This document shows, piece after piece, positions 1 through 9,490 of a DNA stretch of 50,626 nt. Source of the DNA: a bacterium (GTDB taxonomy: Bacteria; Patescibacteriota; Microgenomatia; UBA1406; GWC2-37-13). The notes beneath the pieces are model-generated. The model had not been told where the DNA came from. It worked only from the letters and a program-made list of their open reading frames with translations, and ran no database searches. Numbering within the stretch: position 1 is the stretch's first letter; every line of letters begins with the position of its first letter. The DNA lies in NCBI GenBank assembly GCA_021789865.1, contig JAJYIX010000002.1:1-50626 (forward strand), given 5' to 3'. The position numbers and the translations under genes were made by a program.

Positions 1-240
1 TACGTTGTAGTCGCATTGATATGGACCCTTAAGGTCAAAGTTTTGTTGTGGTGCCTTAGTTGGTACGGGACTTATTTTGGATACCTGATTTTGGACGACA
101 TTGGCAATATTGACACTGGTACTTCCCATCTTGTAAAAGACAGCAACGATAAGGATCACCAAAGGAATAAAAACCACGTATTTTGAAAATACATTGAAGA
201 ATCCTTCCAATCCGTCGAGCTTGATTTTACGTTTTTTCAT
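1..240 (-). CDS. Partial membrane-anchored hypothetical protein (runs off window start)
   Basis: Hand translation from ATG at 240: MKKRKIKLDGLEGFFNVFSKYVVFIPLVILIVAVFYK..., open to position 1; ATGA overlap with the DUF2130 stop; one hydrophobic segment. Confidence 0.7.
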   Translation of the reverse strand, partial: MKKRKIKLDGLEGFFNVFSKYVVFIPLVILIVAVFYKMGSTSVNIANVVQNQVSKISPVPTKAPQQNFDLKGPYQCDYNV

Positions 241-1373
241 TCTCCGTTTTCTAACTTCTTAAGCTCAGTTATTTCCGGCAGGGATTTACCGACGATTCCC
301 TCCAGGTCTCCATGCATGCCGAGGATATTATCGGCGACTTTTTGGATGTTTTTCTCTTGTTTGGCCCATTTTTTCGTGAACCAATCCCTTTCTTTTTTAA
401 GATCCTCCATCATCTGGGAATAGGCATCGTATATCGCTTCGACCCTCTGCCTGAAATCAATGGATGTCAAATAGTTCCAAAGGATTTCTTTCTTGTCGTC
501 ACGCCCGACGAGAGAAGATTTGACGGCGGCAACAGCGATCAAGTTTTGCCGTAAAGACGTTGCCAGCCCTACCAAAGAATCAAAGCTCGTCAGCCAAACT
601 CCGTGTTTTTCGGCAATATTTTTTACTCCGTCCGGTAATACCTGGGAAATGATGACGGCGATTTCGGCTTTTACCAGGCGCTGATCTTCTTTGAGTTTGG
701 CGATCCAGCCTTCACTCCAGGCTTTGGTTCTTTTCGATTCCCAAATAATCGTCCCGCAGTCGCGACCGTTGTTGGTTCTGACGACCTGAAGGACATCGGC
801 GCCATGGACACCTTTGGGAACCTCCTTGACCTCGTCATAGGGAAATTCCGCTTTCAAAATATTTTCCAGTTCCAGTTCCTGGACTTCCCCTTGAAGCTGC
901 TGGGAACCTTGTTCGAGCTTTCTTTTGTATTCGTCGACAAGCTTCAAAGCGTCGCTTAGCTTTTTATCCTTTTCCAAAATCTTCATTTTATATTCCTCAT
1001 CGGCTTTTTTCTTTTCCTCGACTCTGATTTTGTCCTCGGCCGCCGTAAGTTTTTTTTCCATTTCCAGACGTTTTTCTTCGCTTTCGTTTTTCACCTGGCG
1101 TATTAATTTATTCAGTTCCAAAAGTTGTTCCTGGAGATTCTTGTTTTGCTTTTTTGCCTCTTCAATTTCGTTGTCCTTATTTTTTATCTCGAAAGAAAGC
1201 GATTCTTTCAGTTTTTTTTCAAGTTCGGGCTGAAGCGTCTTGGCGAATTTGTTTTTTTCCTCTTCAAGACGGATCTTGTAGAACTTGGCGTATTTATCCT
1301 GGATTTGGTGTGACAAAGCTTCGGTCAACGGAATTGGTTTTTTGCAGTGCGGGCAGATGATCGTATCGTTCAT
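237..1373 (-). CDS. DUF2130 family coiled-coil protein
   Basis: N-terminal CPHC, long coiled coil, GSQQLQGEVQELELE...GAD...IIWESKRTKAWSEGWIAKLKED motif; start placed at ATG 1373 to avoid overlap with the divergent gene. Confidence 0.85.
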   Translation of the reverse strand: MNDTIICPHCKKPIPLTEALSHQIQDKYAKFYKIRLEEEKNKFAKTLQPELEKKLKESLSFEIKNKDNEIEEAKKQNKNLQEQLLELNKLIRQVKNESEEKRLEMEKKLTAAEDKIRVEEKKKADEEYKMKILEKDKKLSDALKLVDEYKRKLEQGSQQLQGEVQELELENILKAEFPYDEVKEVPKGVHGADVLQVVRTNNGRDCGTIIWESKRTKAWSEGWIAKLKEDQRLVKAEIAVIISQVLPDGVKNIAEKHGVWLTSFDSLVGLATSLRQNLIAVAAVKSSLVGRDDKKEILWNYLTSIDFRQRVEAIYDAYSQMMEDLKKERDWFTKKWAKQEKNIQKVADNILGMHGDLEGIVGKSLPEITELKKLENGE

Positions 1374-1422
1374 ATGTAGATATTTTAGCAAAATTAATCC
1401 TCTATAATGGTTTGCAAATACT

Positions 1423-2061
1423 ATGAAAATAGCAATTGTCGGTGGGGCCATAATCCCGGAAAAATTAATTAAAGATATTCAAGATTCGGTTTTCGTAATC
1501 GGAGTCGACAGGGGTGCCCATTGGCTCATTACCAAAGGCATTGTTCCCGATCTGGCCATTGGCGATTTTGACTCGGTCAATGACGGCGAATTTGAAATGA
1601 TCAAAAAATCCGTCAAAGTCGTCAAAAAATTCCCACCCGAAAAAGATTTTTCCGATCTGGAACTGGCCGTAGACGAAGCGACGAAGCTTAATCCTCGATC
1701 GATTGCGATATACGGCGCCACCGGCGGTCGGCTCGACCATTTTTTTACCGCCGCTTTTCTTTTGAAAAAAATCTTGGCCGCAAAAATTCCGGCAAAACTT
1801 ATCGACGAAGACCATGAGATATTATTGGTCGATAAAAAAAGTTCTTTCGAAAAATCAAAAAAAATAAAATACTTTTCGATCTTCCCATTTTCCCCGATCT
1901 GTCGTGTATCATTGAAAGGTTTTAAGTATAATTTATCGGAAAAAACGCTGCGATTCGGAGACACCATCGGACTTAGTAACGAAATAAAATCCGGAAAAGC
2001 TGAGATCGATGTTGCCAATGGTACCCTCTTGATCGTGCGTTCCTCGGGGAGACCCGCCTGA
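1423..2061 (+). CDS. thiN: Thiamine pyrophosphokinase
   Basis: GVDRGA, IGDFDSV, EKDFSDLELA, GATGGRLDH and GLSNE motifs. Confidence 0.93.
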   Translation: MKIAIVGGAIIPEKLIKDIQDSVFVIGVDRGAHWLITKGIVPDLAIGDFDSVNDGEFEMIKKSVKVVKKFPPEKDFSDLELAVDEATKLNPRSIAIYGATGGRLDHFFTAAFLLKKILAAKIPAKLIDEDHEILLVDKKSSFEKSKKIKYFSIFPFSPICRVSLKGFKYNLSEKTLRFGDTIGLSNEIKSGKAEIDVANGTLLIVRSSGRPA

Positions 2062-2136
2062 CGGCTGGGCCTGAGAGTCCCAAGATTTGGGAGACCCGTA
2101 TTACCTGATCTGGACAATACCAGCGAAGGGAGAGAA
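2040..2136 (+). promoter_or_regulatory. TPP riboswitch
   Basis: GGGG...CTGAGA...ACCCGTATTACCTGATCTGGACAATACCAGCGAAGGGA (2094-2131) matches the canonical TPP aptamer core; P3 (CCCGCC/GGC-T-GGG) and P3a (TCCCAA/TTGGGA) stems; 3' end carries the SD of the ATG at 2138. Confidence 0.93.
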
Positions 2137-2137
2137 A

Positions 2138-2641
2138 ATGACGGAAAGATTTTATGCAAAAAACGAAGCTATTTTACCTGTACAAAAAGGTGAATTCCTG
2201 GCCATAGTCGCTTATCACAAAAAAGCCGGCCTTCTGCTCGTAAAGGAAGGAATGAACAATCATCGTTTCCAAGTCCAAAGCGGTGACATGAAAAATATCA
2301 CCGAGACCATCGATGAAAAAGACAACGTACTAGTTCAAGCGGCCCGGAGGGCTATCGTTGAAGAGGTCGGAAAGGAGTTCTTGCAAAATTTCGCCTATTA
2401 TCCCGGTCACTACTGGAAAAACGGACCGATTCATACCGTCCTCATGGAATACGTCGGCGATCCCGACGACATCGGACAGTTTCACCCGGACGATCACGCA
2501 GAAATCGAGGGATACCAGTGGTTCAAAATAAATCATTTGAAAAATCTCGTCGCCGTCTTTAATGAAAAGCGCTATGGCCAACTGCTCCGTTGGGTCTACC
2601 CTGCCTTGATAAAGGTGAATCTTGGGGCGTTATTTTGGTAA
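2138..2641 (+). CDS. Nudix hydrolase-like protein
   Basis: Degenerate Nudix box (VQAARRAIVEEVG), upstream LLLVKE strand, C-terminal EIEGYQWF; ATG 2138 follows GGGAGAG. Confidence 0.7.
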   Translation: MTERFYAKNEAILPVQKGEFLAIVAYHKKAGLLLVKEGMNNHRFQVQSGDMKNITETIDEKDNVLVQAARRAIVEEVGKEFLQNFAYYPGHYWKNGPIHTVLMEYVGDPDDIGQFHPDDHAEIEGYQWFKINHLKNLVAVFNEKRYGQLLRWVYPALIKVNLGALFW

Positions 2642-2699
2642 AATATAGGTGTATTTTAATTTGCATATTTGATTATTTGTTTATTTAATCATTAAGTCT

Positions 2700-2771
2700 T
2701 GGGGAGTGGTGTAACGGTAACACACCTGCCTTTGGAGCAGGTTACTCATGGTTCGAATCCATGCTCCCCAG
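2700..2771 (+). tRNA. tRNA-Gln (TTG), CCA not encoded
   Basis: Acceptor TGGGGAG/CTCCCCA, anticodon arm CCTGC-CT-TTG-GA-GCAGG, T-loop GGTTCGAATCC. Confidence 0.96.
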
Positions 2772-3076
2772 CACGACTGTAGATAAAAAAGAAAGACCGA
2801 TCGCCATAGTAAGCGACAGAAAGAGATAGTCAAAACGTTCAAAAAACAGATTAATTCTTAATAAGGTTTTTCTTCCGGGTTCTGGATTTAAATCCCCTTC
2901 TAAAAATCGCTATTTTAGCCTTAAAATATGCTCTGAATCGCTTGATTTTGATTTCAAAAAATCGTATAATTATGGATATGCTAAACAAGGAAACTACACT
3001 AAAATCTACTAAAGAAATTTGCGGGGAAAAAACAAATTTTACTTCAACTATAGGATTAGGCTTGACAAACATTTCA

Positions 3077-3120
3077 CAAGATGTTAAACTGCAGGGCAGT
3101 TCGGGCAGTTTAACATCTTG
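3077..3120. repeat. Perfect 16-bp inverted repeat with 12-bp spacer
   Basis: CAAGATGTTAAACTGC-agggcagttcgg-GCAGTTTAACATCTTG. Confidence 0.9.
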
Positions 3121-3185
3121 AGACAACTTCTTTAATTATTGCTTCCTAACAATCTAAAGATAAAATTAAGCGATTTTATTATAAG

Positions 3186-4469
3186 CTACTTATTTACAAG
3201 TGTTTTATTGTGGAGAAATCGTGGTATAGGCATGAGTTCAACAAGGTCTTTTTTCGCTTTTGTTGTTCCTTCGCGGAGAATGTACTTTGCGTAATCCTTT
3301 ACGCCGATTTCAATGTCATCCGATAATCGGTCAGTATTGTAATATATGGTATCCGAAACCAGTTTTTGGTATTCCATCATCGCTCCCTTTAATTTCTCCG
3401 GAATTTTAATCTCATCCTCGTTCATATTGTCAATGAATTTTAAGATAAATCTGAGGAGATCTTTTTCGTCCAAATACGGCTCTTCGCATTTTTTATTTTT
3501 GAAACGTGTGCAGTGATAATAGACATGTCTTCGGTGACCGCCGTTCTTCAGTTTTCTCAGTTTTTCTTCCCCGATGACGCTGGAATTACAGCTGTAACAT
3601 TTGAAGAAACCTTTAAATGCAAAGCTTTTCATCCCGAATTTTATTTTTCTCGGAATGCTGATTTCCTTTTGGGTGTCATTAAAAACTTCTTTGGTTATTA
3701 TCGGTTCATGTTTACCCTGATACAGTTTGCCTTTCGGATATTCGAAATATCCGCAGTAAAACGGGTTTTTAAGCATCAGATAAACCATGCTTTCAGTTAT
3801 CTTTTTCCCTTTTCTTGTCGTGAACCCCTCCTTATCCATCCACTCTTTTACCATCCGGCCGCTATGGTACATGTAGGCAGCCCTGTCAAACGCTTCTTTT
3901 ATGATAGGTGCCCTTTTTGGATCGATAATAATATCTTTTACCCCTCCAAAAGCCCGGTTCATATAGCCTAAGGGGGCAACTCCCGGTCTCCAGCCCATTT
4001 CACACTTTGCCCGCATTCCGCGTCTTACGTTTATTGCCCGGTTGTCGTTTTCCAATTTTGCCTGACTGCATAAAATCATCAGAAGAAATTTGTCATTGGG
4101 TTGGTTACGGAATGATTGGGAGAATGTTTTTATCTCATGAAGTTTTCCCTGATCCATGAGATCCACGATCCGCCCCAAATCTCCGGCATTCCGGGATAGC
4201 CTGTCCGGATTCCATGTCAGAATTCCGTTAAATTCTCCTTTAACAATATCTTCAATAAGTTGCTGAAAAACCGGTCTTTGGCCTGACTGTTTTGCGGAAT
4301 GACTTTCAAAGCGGACTTCTTTGATGAAAGCCTTGTCCCTTTCGGCCAAAACCTTCATTTCCTTAATCTGGGAGTCGATAGACATTATCTGCCGTTCGTC
4401 CGATTCTGATGATTTTCGGGCGTATAAACAATAGCTTATAGGATAAATCTGCTTATTCTGACTATCCAT
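3186..4469 (-). CDS. Large serine recombinase (resolvase + recombinase + Zn-ribbon domains)
   Basis: YARKS catalytic motif, DRLSRN, APLGY, NPFYCG...HEPIIT, CYSC...YYHC...C. Confidence 0.93.
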   Translation of the reverse strand: MDSQNKQIYPISYCLYARKSSESDERQIMSIDSQIKEMKVLAERDKAFIKEVRFESHSAKQSGQRPVFQQLIEDIVKGEFNGILTWNPDRLSRNAGDLGRIVDLMDQGKLHEIKTFSQSFRNQPNDKFLLMILCSQAKLENDNRAINVRRGMRAKCEMGWRPGVAPLGYMNRAFGGVKDIIIDPKRAPIIKEAFDRAAYMYHSGRMVKEWMDKEGFTTRKGKKITESMVYLMLKNPFYCGYFEYPKGKLYQGKHEPIITKEVFNDTQKEISIPRKIKFGMKSFAFKGFFKCYSCNSSVIGEEKLRKLKNGGHRRHVYYHCTRFKNKKCEEPYLDEKDLLRFILKFIDNMNEDEIKIPEKLKGAMMEYQKLVSDTIYYNTDRLSDDIEIGVKDYAKYILREGTTKAKKDLVELMPIPRFLHNKTLVNK

Positions 4470-4528
4470 ATACCATTAATGAATGACGGATGTTTATTCG
4501 AAAGTCAAACGGTGCAATGCATATTATA

Positions 4529-4556
4529 TTGACATTTACAAAATGTAGAATATAAT
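4529..4556 (+). promoter_or_regulatory. Sigma70-type promoter for the 4590 operon
   Basis: TTGACA (4529-4534), 16 bp spacer, TATAAT (4551-4556). Confidence 0.7.
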
Positions 4557-4589
4557 TACAACAGTTATATAATTTACACAACAAACAGT

Positions 4590-5414
4590 ATGGCAATAAA
4601 AGTAACGATAAGCGGTGAAGGGTTGTCTTTCGAAAAAGAAACAACATTGCAAAAAGCAGGACAGATAGTCGCATTTTTAGGAAGGGAAGAAGGAGATATA
4701 GAGTATAAACCTGCAACTTCTTTAGAAATGCTGCCAAAAGAAGCCACAGTCCATTCATCCATAAAGGATCAAATTGTCCAATCAAAGGCTAAAACAAACG
4801 CTGAAATAATAACAGTAGTTGGAAAGTGTTTGGAAGATAGCAATGGAAGCGATGAATTTATGAGTAAAGAAGTTTTACTTCAGCTTCGCAAAAATGGTGA
4901 TGCTCCGGGTAATTTTACTCGAGATTTAAATACAGCGATGGAATTGCAATACATATATAGCAAAGGGAAAGAAGGAGTGTACGGAGTAACTGAAAAAGGA
5001 AAACTTGCAATCATCAACCAATTTAAAGATTCCACAAAGACAAAAATCAACATTGGTAAAAAAAGTGGGTCAAAAATAGCAAAACCTCCTCGAGCTATTG
5101 TTACGGCGTTAACAATCGTTGGAGAAATGAAAGGATATCCCAACTTTCATGAACTAAAAACCCAGGCCGACAAAATTCTATGGATCTTAGCTTTCGTTGA
5201 TCAGACACAAATTTCCGAACTTACACCAAGAGAGGTTGAGTTTATTAGTAGTAAACTAAAATCAATTATTATTAGTAAGCAATTTGCCGCTCACAATAAA
5301 AGAAATATAAAAGAGTCGTATGTCGCAGTTGGTAAAGGAACTTTTAGTTTACAGCAAAAAGGTATAGCCCACCTAAAATCATTAGTTCTTTCGAAAGAAA
5401 ATGCGACAAAATAA
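4590..5414 (+). CDS. Hypothetical protein, possibly two winged-helix-like domains
   Basis: 274-aa ORF; both halves end in wHTH-like wing segments (GVYGVTEKG, GTFSLQQKG); overlaps the next gene. Confidence 0.6.
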   Translation: MAIKVTISGEGLSFEKETTLQKAGQIVAFLGREEGDIEYKPATSLEMLPKEATVHSSIKDQIVQSKAKTNAEIITVVGKCLEDSNGSDEFMSKEVLLQLRKNGDAPGNFTRDLNTAMELQYIYSKGKEGVYGVTEKGKLAIINQFKDSTKTKINIGKKSGSKIAKPPRAIVTALTIVGEMKGYPNFHELKTQADKILWILAFVDQTQISELTPREVEFISSKLKSIIISKQFAAHNKRNIKESYVAVGKGTFSLQQKGIAHLKSLVLSKENATK

Positions 5415-6075
5415 AAATAATGCCTTATCTACGACCACGCTGATAAAACAGTTATGGGAAAGTGGGTATTTTTCAAATGCACATGATGTTGAAGAAGTTA
5501 AAAAAGAAATATCAACATTTGGATTTAATATTCCAACTTCTGTTTTATCGGTTTCATTGATGCGAATTGTTCGTGCAGGTAAACTATTAACAAGAAGCAA
5601 AAGAACTGGAGTTTGGAAATATATTCAAAAATATCCTCCTAAAATAGAAGGCCAAAAAAATTCAAATATTATCCCTTATAAAATTCATCCCAGAATAAAA
5701 GAAGTTTCGTGGAAACAGTATAGAGAAGGTTTTTTCAAAGAGGCTATTCAAAATGCTTTAGTTGAAGTAGTCGACCAAGTTAAAATAAAAACAAATCATC
5801 CTAAATCCGCAAGTGGGAAAGAATTAGATGGAGATGATCTAATGAATCGTATTTTCGGCTGTGATAATCAGCAGCCAGTAATTAAATTCAATGAACTAGA
5901 AAATAGCCTCGACAAGGCGGAACAAAGAGGAATTATGAATTTATTTAAAGGAATTGTAGGGATAAGAGATAGAAAAGCTCATCTAAATTTTATTCAAAAT
6001 GATCCTTTAAAAGCTATGGAATATCTTGCCTTGGCAAGCTTACTCCTGAGACTATTAGATGAAAATAGTAACTAA
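5401..6075 (+). CDS. TIGR02391/Ymh family protein (HEPN-like) with N-terminal extension
   Basis: IHPRI, LDGDDLMNRIF, EQRGIMNLFKG, IRDRKAH (Rx4H), LALASLLLRLLD. Confidence 0.8.
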   Translation: MRQNKNNALSTTTLIKQLWESGYFSNAHDVEEVKKEISTFGFNIPTSVLSVSLMRIVRAGKLLTRSKRTGVWKYIQKYPPKIEGQKNSNIIPYKIHPRIKEVSWKQYREGFFKEAIQNALVEVVDQVKIKTNHPKSASGKELDGDDLMNRIFGCDNQQPVIKFNELENSLDKAEQRGIMNLFKGIVGIRDRKAHLNFIQNDPLKAMEYLALASLLLRLLDENSN

Positions 6076-6125
6076 GCAAACCTCATCTGCTTTTGAGAAT
6101 CTTTTAATAAAAGCAAATTCTTCGA

Positions 6126-7631
6126 CTAAATATTCCTTAGATCATCTATTGTATTAATCGGTGTCCAGTGCGGTCCGGAATCAAGGTCCAAAATCGTTAA
6201 TGTCGGTTGAGGTTTGCTTTCCTCTTCCAGAATCCGCAACATCGCATAGACAAAAGCGTCCATCAGATCATCATGCGGTACGTTCGGAAACTGCGTCAGC
6301 TGATTTATTAACGGTCTTGCTCCCGTAAGCGGAAAATGAACCCTGCCGGACTCCAGGTAGGGGGACACGATTGATAGCCGTACGTCTTTTGGCTGTCCGT
6401 GAACTTTCGTACCTTCAACCTCCATCGGTTTATTTTTCATATACTTTAATGCTTCCAGCTGATATCCCACGTCTTCTACCACCACGATTTTTTCATGACC
6501 GTTTGGCAGACTTTGGTATAACTGGAATACGGTTTCGGTAGCGCCCATAATCGTTAAACCCTTTTTATTTATTAAGGGTAAACCGACGTAACATTGGACG
6601 TCTTCGCCTTCTTCGCCGTCTTCATAGACATAAATCGGGACCATTGCCGTCGAATCGGACCGGATTTTCTCGCCCGTCGCCAGATCTACTCCGATTACAA
6701 TATATTTCAATTTTTGTATCGGAGGTAACTCCGAGTAATAACTGATCCACTCGGACTTTATTATCTGATCCTCAGGCGAAAGAATTTCCATCAGATATTC
6801 GCTGGACCAGGCAATCCGGCCGCCGCTTTGTTTTTTCTCCTTGGCGATCGCCGCCTTATCGGGATATTTTCCCGGCCAGGTTGCCTTACCTTTTTGTATG
6901 ATCGGGACTATGCGGTAAATTCCTTCCAATTTCTTATCTTTAATCTGGTCAATCAGCCTGCTAACCAGGTCGTCATTATCCATTCTGGTTCCGACAATAA
7001 CGGTTTTCCTTTTATGGATGTCACTCAGAGGTGAAACCACTTTCGTATACCAGTCATATAATTTGTCCCTGCCTTCAGGCGATCTCATGCTGTTTTGATC
7101 CTGGACATCGTCAAGAATTACAACATCCGGCCTGTAATGACCGTGCTTAAAACCTCTTAATCCCTGATCTATCGATGCAACCATAATCCGGGCGTTGTAA
7201 TGTTTCAAAACGATGGAGAATGCCGACCATTCGGTGTCATCGTCTTCAAACGGTCCGATATCTGCCTTTAAAAGTTCATTATTTTCCAGTTCATACTTAA
7301 TATTTCGCATGATCAATCTTGCCTGGGTCTGGTTATATGTGATAATCAGGATGAACTTTTTTTGCTGCCGTCCGGTTGCCGCCCAAATCGGATACCAGTT
7401 GCTGAAAATTGTCGATTTACCGCTCGACCTGAAGGCCAAAATAACCGCCAAGGGGATATTTATGTCTTCGGCGATCTGCATAAAATCCTCATGAAACGGA
7501 GCCAACTCGTACGTCAGATGCTCGTACATGTATATGGCGGCAAAATATTTAAAACTGTCTGACGCGAGTTTCCGCCTGATCGAAACATTGCTGATAATTT
7601 CCCTAATTGCCTCATCGTGATTGTTTTCCAT
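6126..7631 (-). CDS. Phage terminase large subunit
   Basis: Walker A FRSSGKST, Walker B VVILDD, VGT motif III, nuclease GVDLA and HDDLMDA. Confidence 0.9.
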   Translation of the reverse strand: MENNHDEAIREIISNVSIRRKLASDSFKYFAAIYMYEHLTYELAPFHEDFMQIAEDINIPLAVILAFRSSGKSTIFSNWYPIWAATGRQQKKFILIITYNQTQARLIMRNIKYELENNELLKADIGPFEDDDTEWSAFSIVLKHYNARIMVASIDQGLRGFKHGHYRPDVVILDDVQDQNSMRSPEGRDKLYDWYTKVVSPLSDIHKRKTVIVGTRMDNDDLVSRLIDQIKDKKLEGIYRIVPIIQKGKATWPGKYPDKAAIAKEKKQSGGRIAWSSEYLMEILSPEDQIIKSEWISYYSELPPIQKLKYIVIGVDLATGEKIRSDSTAMVPIYVYEDGEEGEDVQCYVGLPLINKKGLTIMGATETVFQLYQSLPNGHEKIVVVEDVGYQLEALKYMKNKPMEVEGTKVHGQPKDVRLSIVSPYLESGRVHFPLTGARPLINQLTQFPNVPHDDLMDAFVYAMLRILEEESKPQPTLTILDLDSGPHWTPINTIDDLRNI

Positions 7632-7665
7632 AGTTTTATTTTTTTAATAAACTTTTAAATAATAA

Positions 7666-8061
7666 TTATTTTCCCTTTGTAACCATTTGAATTGCTTTTG
7701 TGATAAGTTCCTCCTGTTCTTTTGTTAACTTATAATCGTGATCCAGGTGTCCGGTGAGCTCTACCTTATTCAGGTATGCCTGGTGCCTGTGATTTAACCA
7801 GTAGAAAACAGCCTTGAGATCTCCTTCTTTGATCGCGGTAAGCAGTTGGCTCTCCGCCATATCGTTTATGAGTTTGATTCCCTCATCTATTGCCTGGTCT
7901 ACCTGCTTTGAGAAATCCACATCCTGTTTTTTCCATCGGTAGAAAGTGGTCCTGCCGACACCGCTTTTATTACAGGCGACTTCGACAATCGGGATGCGTT
8001 TGAGATTTTCGATTACTAAATTTTTATCTTTTATCTGCCGTTTTATTATTTTGTTTTCCAT
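7666..8061 (-). CDS. Putative terminase small subunit (HTH)
   Basis: ACNKSGVGRTTFYRWKKQD HTH, AESQLL...AVFYWL; directly upstream of the large subunit. Confidence 0.75.
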   Translation of the reverse strand: MENKIIKRQIKDKNLVIENLKRIPIVEVACNKSGVGRTTFYRWKKQDVDFSKQVDQAIDEGIKLINDMAESQLLTAIKEGDLKAVFYWLNHRHQAYLNKVELTGHLDHDYKLTKEQEELITKAIQMVTKGK

Positions 8062-8070
8062 ATTTTTTGA

Positions 8071-9399
8071 TTAACTGTTAACTTTGACCGCTTTCTGTTT
8101 CGTAAAGTTTTCCCACCGTTTTTTGATTACCTCGGTATATACGGGTGATTTTTCCATAACGAAGCATCTTCGTTTGAGCTTAACGGCAGCAATGAGAGTC
8201 GAACCCGATCCTCCGAACGGCTCAACGACCAGATCATTCCGGTGAGTCAAAACCTTAATGTACGGCACCAAAATTTCGACCGGTTTGCAGCCGAAAATAA
8301 TTCCCTGTCCGGAGCTTTTTTCATCGTCAGTCTTAAACTCAACAAAATCAGTCGGACAGATTTTTTTGCCTTTTTTATATCCTTCCCAATTAGGTTTTCC
8401 GGAGGTAGCATAGATTGCCGTTTCATATTCGTTTTGAAGAAGTCTGTCTTCCGGCTGATCATTCAGCTCAACTTTTCCGGATGTCCCCAAAACGGCAATA
8501 TCATATTTTGAAAAGAGTTTATATTTCGCCGCAAAACCCTGAGTTCTGTTGGGGCAGTGCCAAATTATTACGTTTCGAATCAACCAATATTTCTGCATCG
8601 TTTCCCACATGTCCTTGAGGTTCTTCCAGTTTTCAAACGATATAATGGAAAAATTTTCTTTTTGGAACCTGCTGACATTTGACATCCAAAGTTCCATGAA
8701 ATTATCAGGAAGCGATTCCGTTCCGAGGTATATTCTGTTTCGTTTCAAGCCGAATCCCTCAGTGATTTCACTGTGTTTCTTTTTGCCTTTAAGATAATTC
8801 AAAATATAAGGCTCGTCAGTGAAACACATGTCTGCTTTTTCGCCGTTCATTAATACGGGAAAATCTTCTTTCGAGGTTGAGTCGCCGCACATCAGCCGCG
8901 AGGTGCCCAATTGATATACGTCTCCCGGCTTCGTATTAATTTTTGATATCTGCAGTTTCTTCAGCTCTTTTTCCAAATCGAATACTTCCGGAGTTTCGAT
9001 ATTGAAAATGTCGTCCAGTTCTTCGGAAGAGAATCCGACGTCATTTAAAAACGACTCGTCAAATGACTTCAGGAGATCCCAGTCCCAGTCTCCGGTAACC
9101 TTATTAAGGGTCAGATTGAGTGATTTTTCTCTCTCAATATCCGGGATATCAAGCCAAATGACCGGTATTATTTTTATACCCAGGTCCTTACAGATTCGGT
9201 ATCTGAAGTGGCCGCCCACAAGAACGCCGAATCTGTTTTTGGCTTTGTTGGCTATGACCGGATCTACAATTCCGTATTTCTTGATGCTTTCGGTTAAATT
9301 TTTAATCGCAGACTGGTCCCATTTTCTGGGATTATATTCGCTGGGTTTCAATATGTTTATATCTACATACTCAACCTTCAGGTTATTTGAGTTTTCCAT
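8071..9399 (-). CDS. ParB-like N-terminal domain + N4/N6 DNA methyltransferase (phage type)
   Basis: YNPRK...GGHFR ParB motifs; CGDS, FTDEPY (motif IV variant), KPVE, EPFGGSGSTL (motif I). Confidence 0.88.
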   Translation of the reverse strand: MENSNNLKVEYVDINILKPSEYNPRKWDQSAIKNLTESIKKYGIVDPVIANKAKNRFGVLVGGHFRYRICKDLGIKIIPVIWLDIPDIEREKSLNLTLNKVTGDWDWDLLKSFDESFLNDVGFSSEELDDIFNIETPEVFDLEKELKKLQISKINTKPGDVYQLGTSRLMCGDSTSKEDFPVLMNGEKADMCFTDEPYILNYLKGKKKHSEITEGFGLKRNRIYLGTESLPDNFMELWMSNVSRFQKENFSIISFENWKNLKDMWETMQKYWLIRNVIIWHCPNRTQGFAAKYKLFSKYDIAVLGTSGKVELNDQPEDRLLQNEYETAIYATSGKPNWEGYKKGKKICPTDFVEFKTDDEKSSGQGIIFGCKPVEILVPYIKVLTHRNDLVVEPFGGSGSTLIAAVKLKRRCFVMEKSPVYTEVIKKRWENFTKQKAVKVNS

Positions 9400-9430
9400 A
9401 TTTTTTTGGAAACTTATAATTTTTAACCAT

Positions 9431-9490
9431 AAAAAAAGCCCGCCTCACAGTTTTGTACACAACACGTTATGTACTGACTGTAAAGCGGGC
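9431..9490 (-). terminator. Intrinsic terminator-like hairpin in the leader of the MTase-terminase operon
   Basis: Minus strand GCCCGCtttACAGTcaGTACA...TGTACaaaACTGTgagGCGGGC followed by T7. Confidence 0.7.

Noticed and set aside
2087-2137. N-terminal extension of the Nudix ORF from TTG 2087
   Set aside because: Lies within the TPP aptamer; the SD supports ATG 2138
2851-3126. 91-aa minus-strand ORF
   Set aside because: TTG start, no motif, runs through the inverted repeat; likely spurious
4507-4534. dif-like site (TGCATA-TTATATTGACA)
   Set aside because: XerD-side match is only partial, the XerC arm does not match, and the sequence is explained by the -35 box of the 4590 promoter
6126-9399. 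Complete prophage
   Set aside because: No portal, capsid, tail or lysis genes recognised
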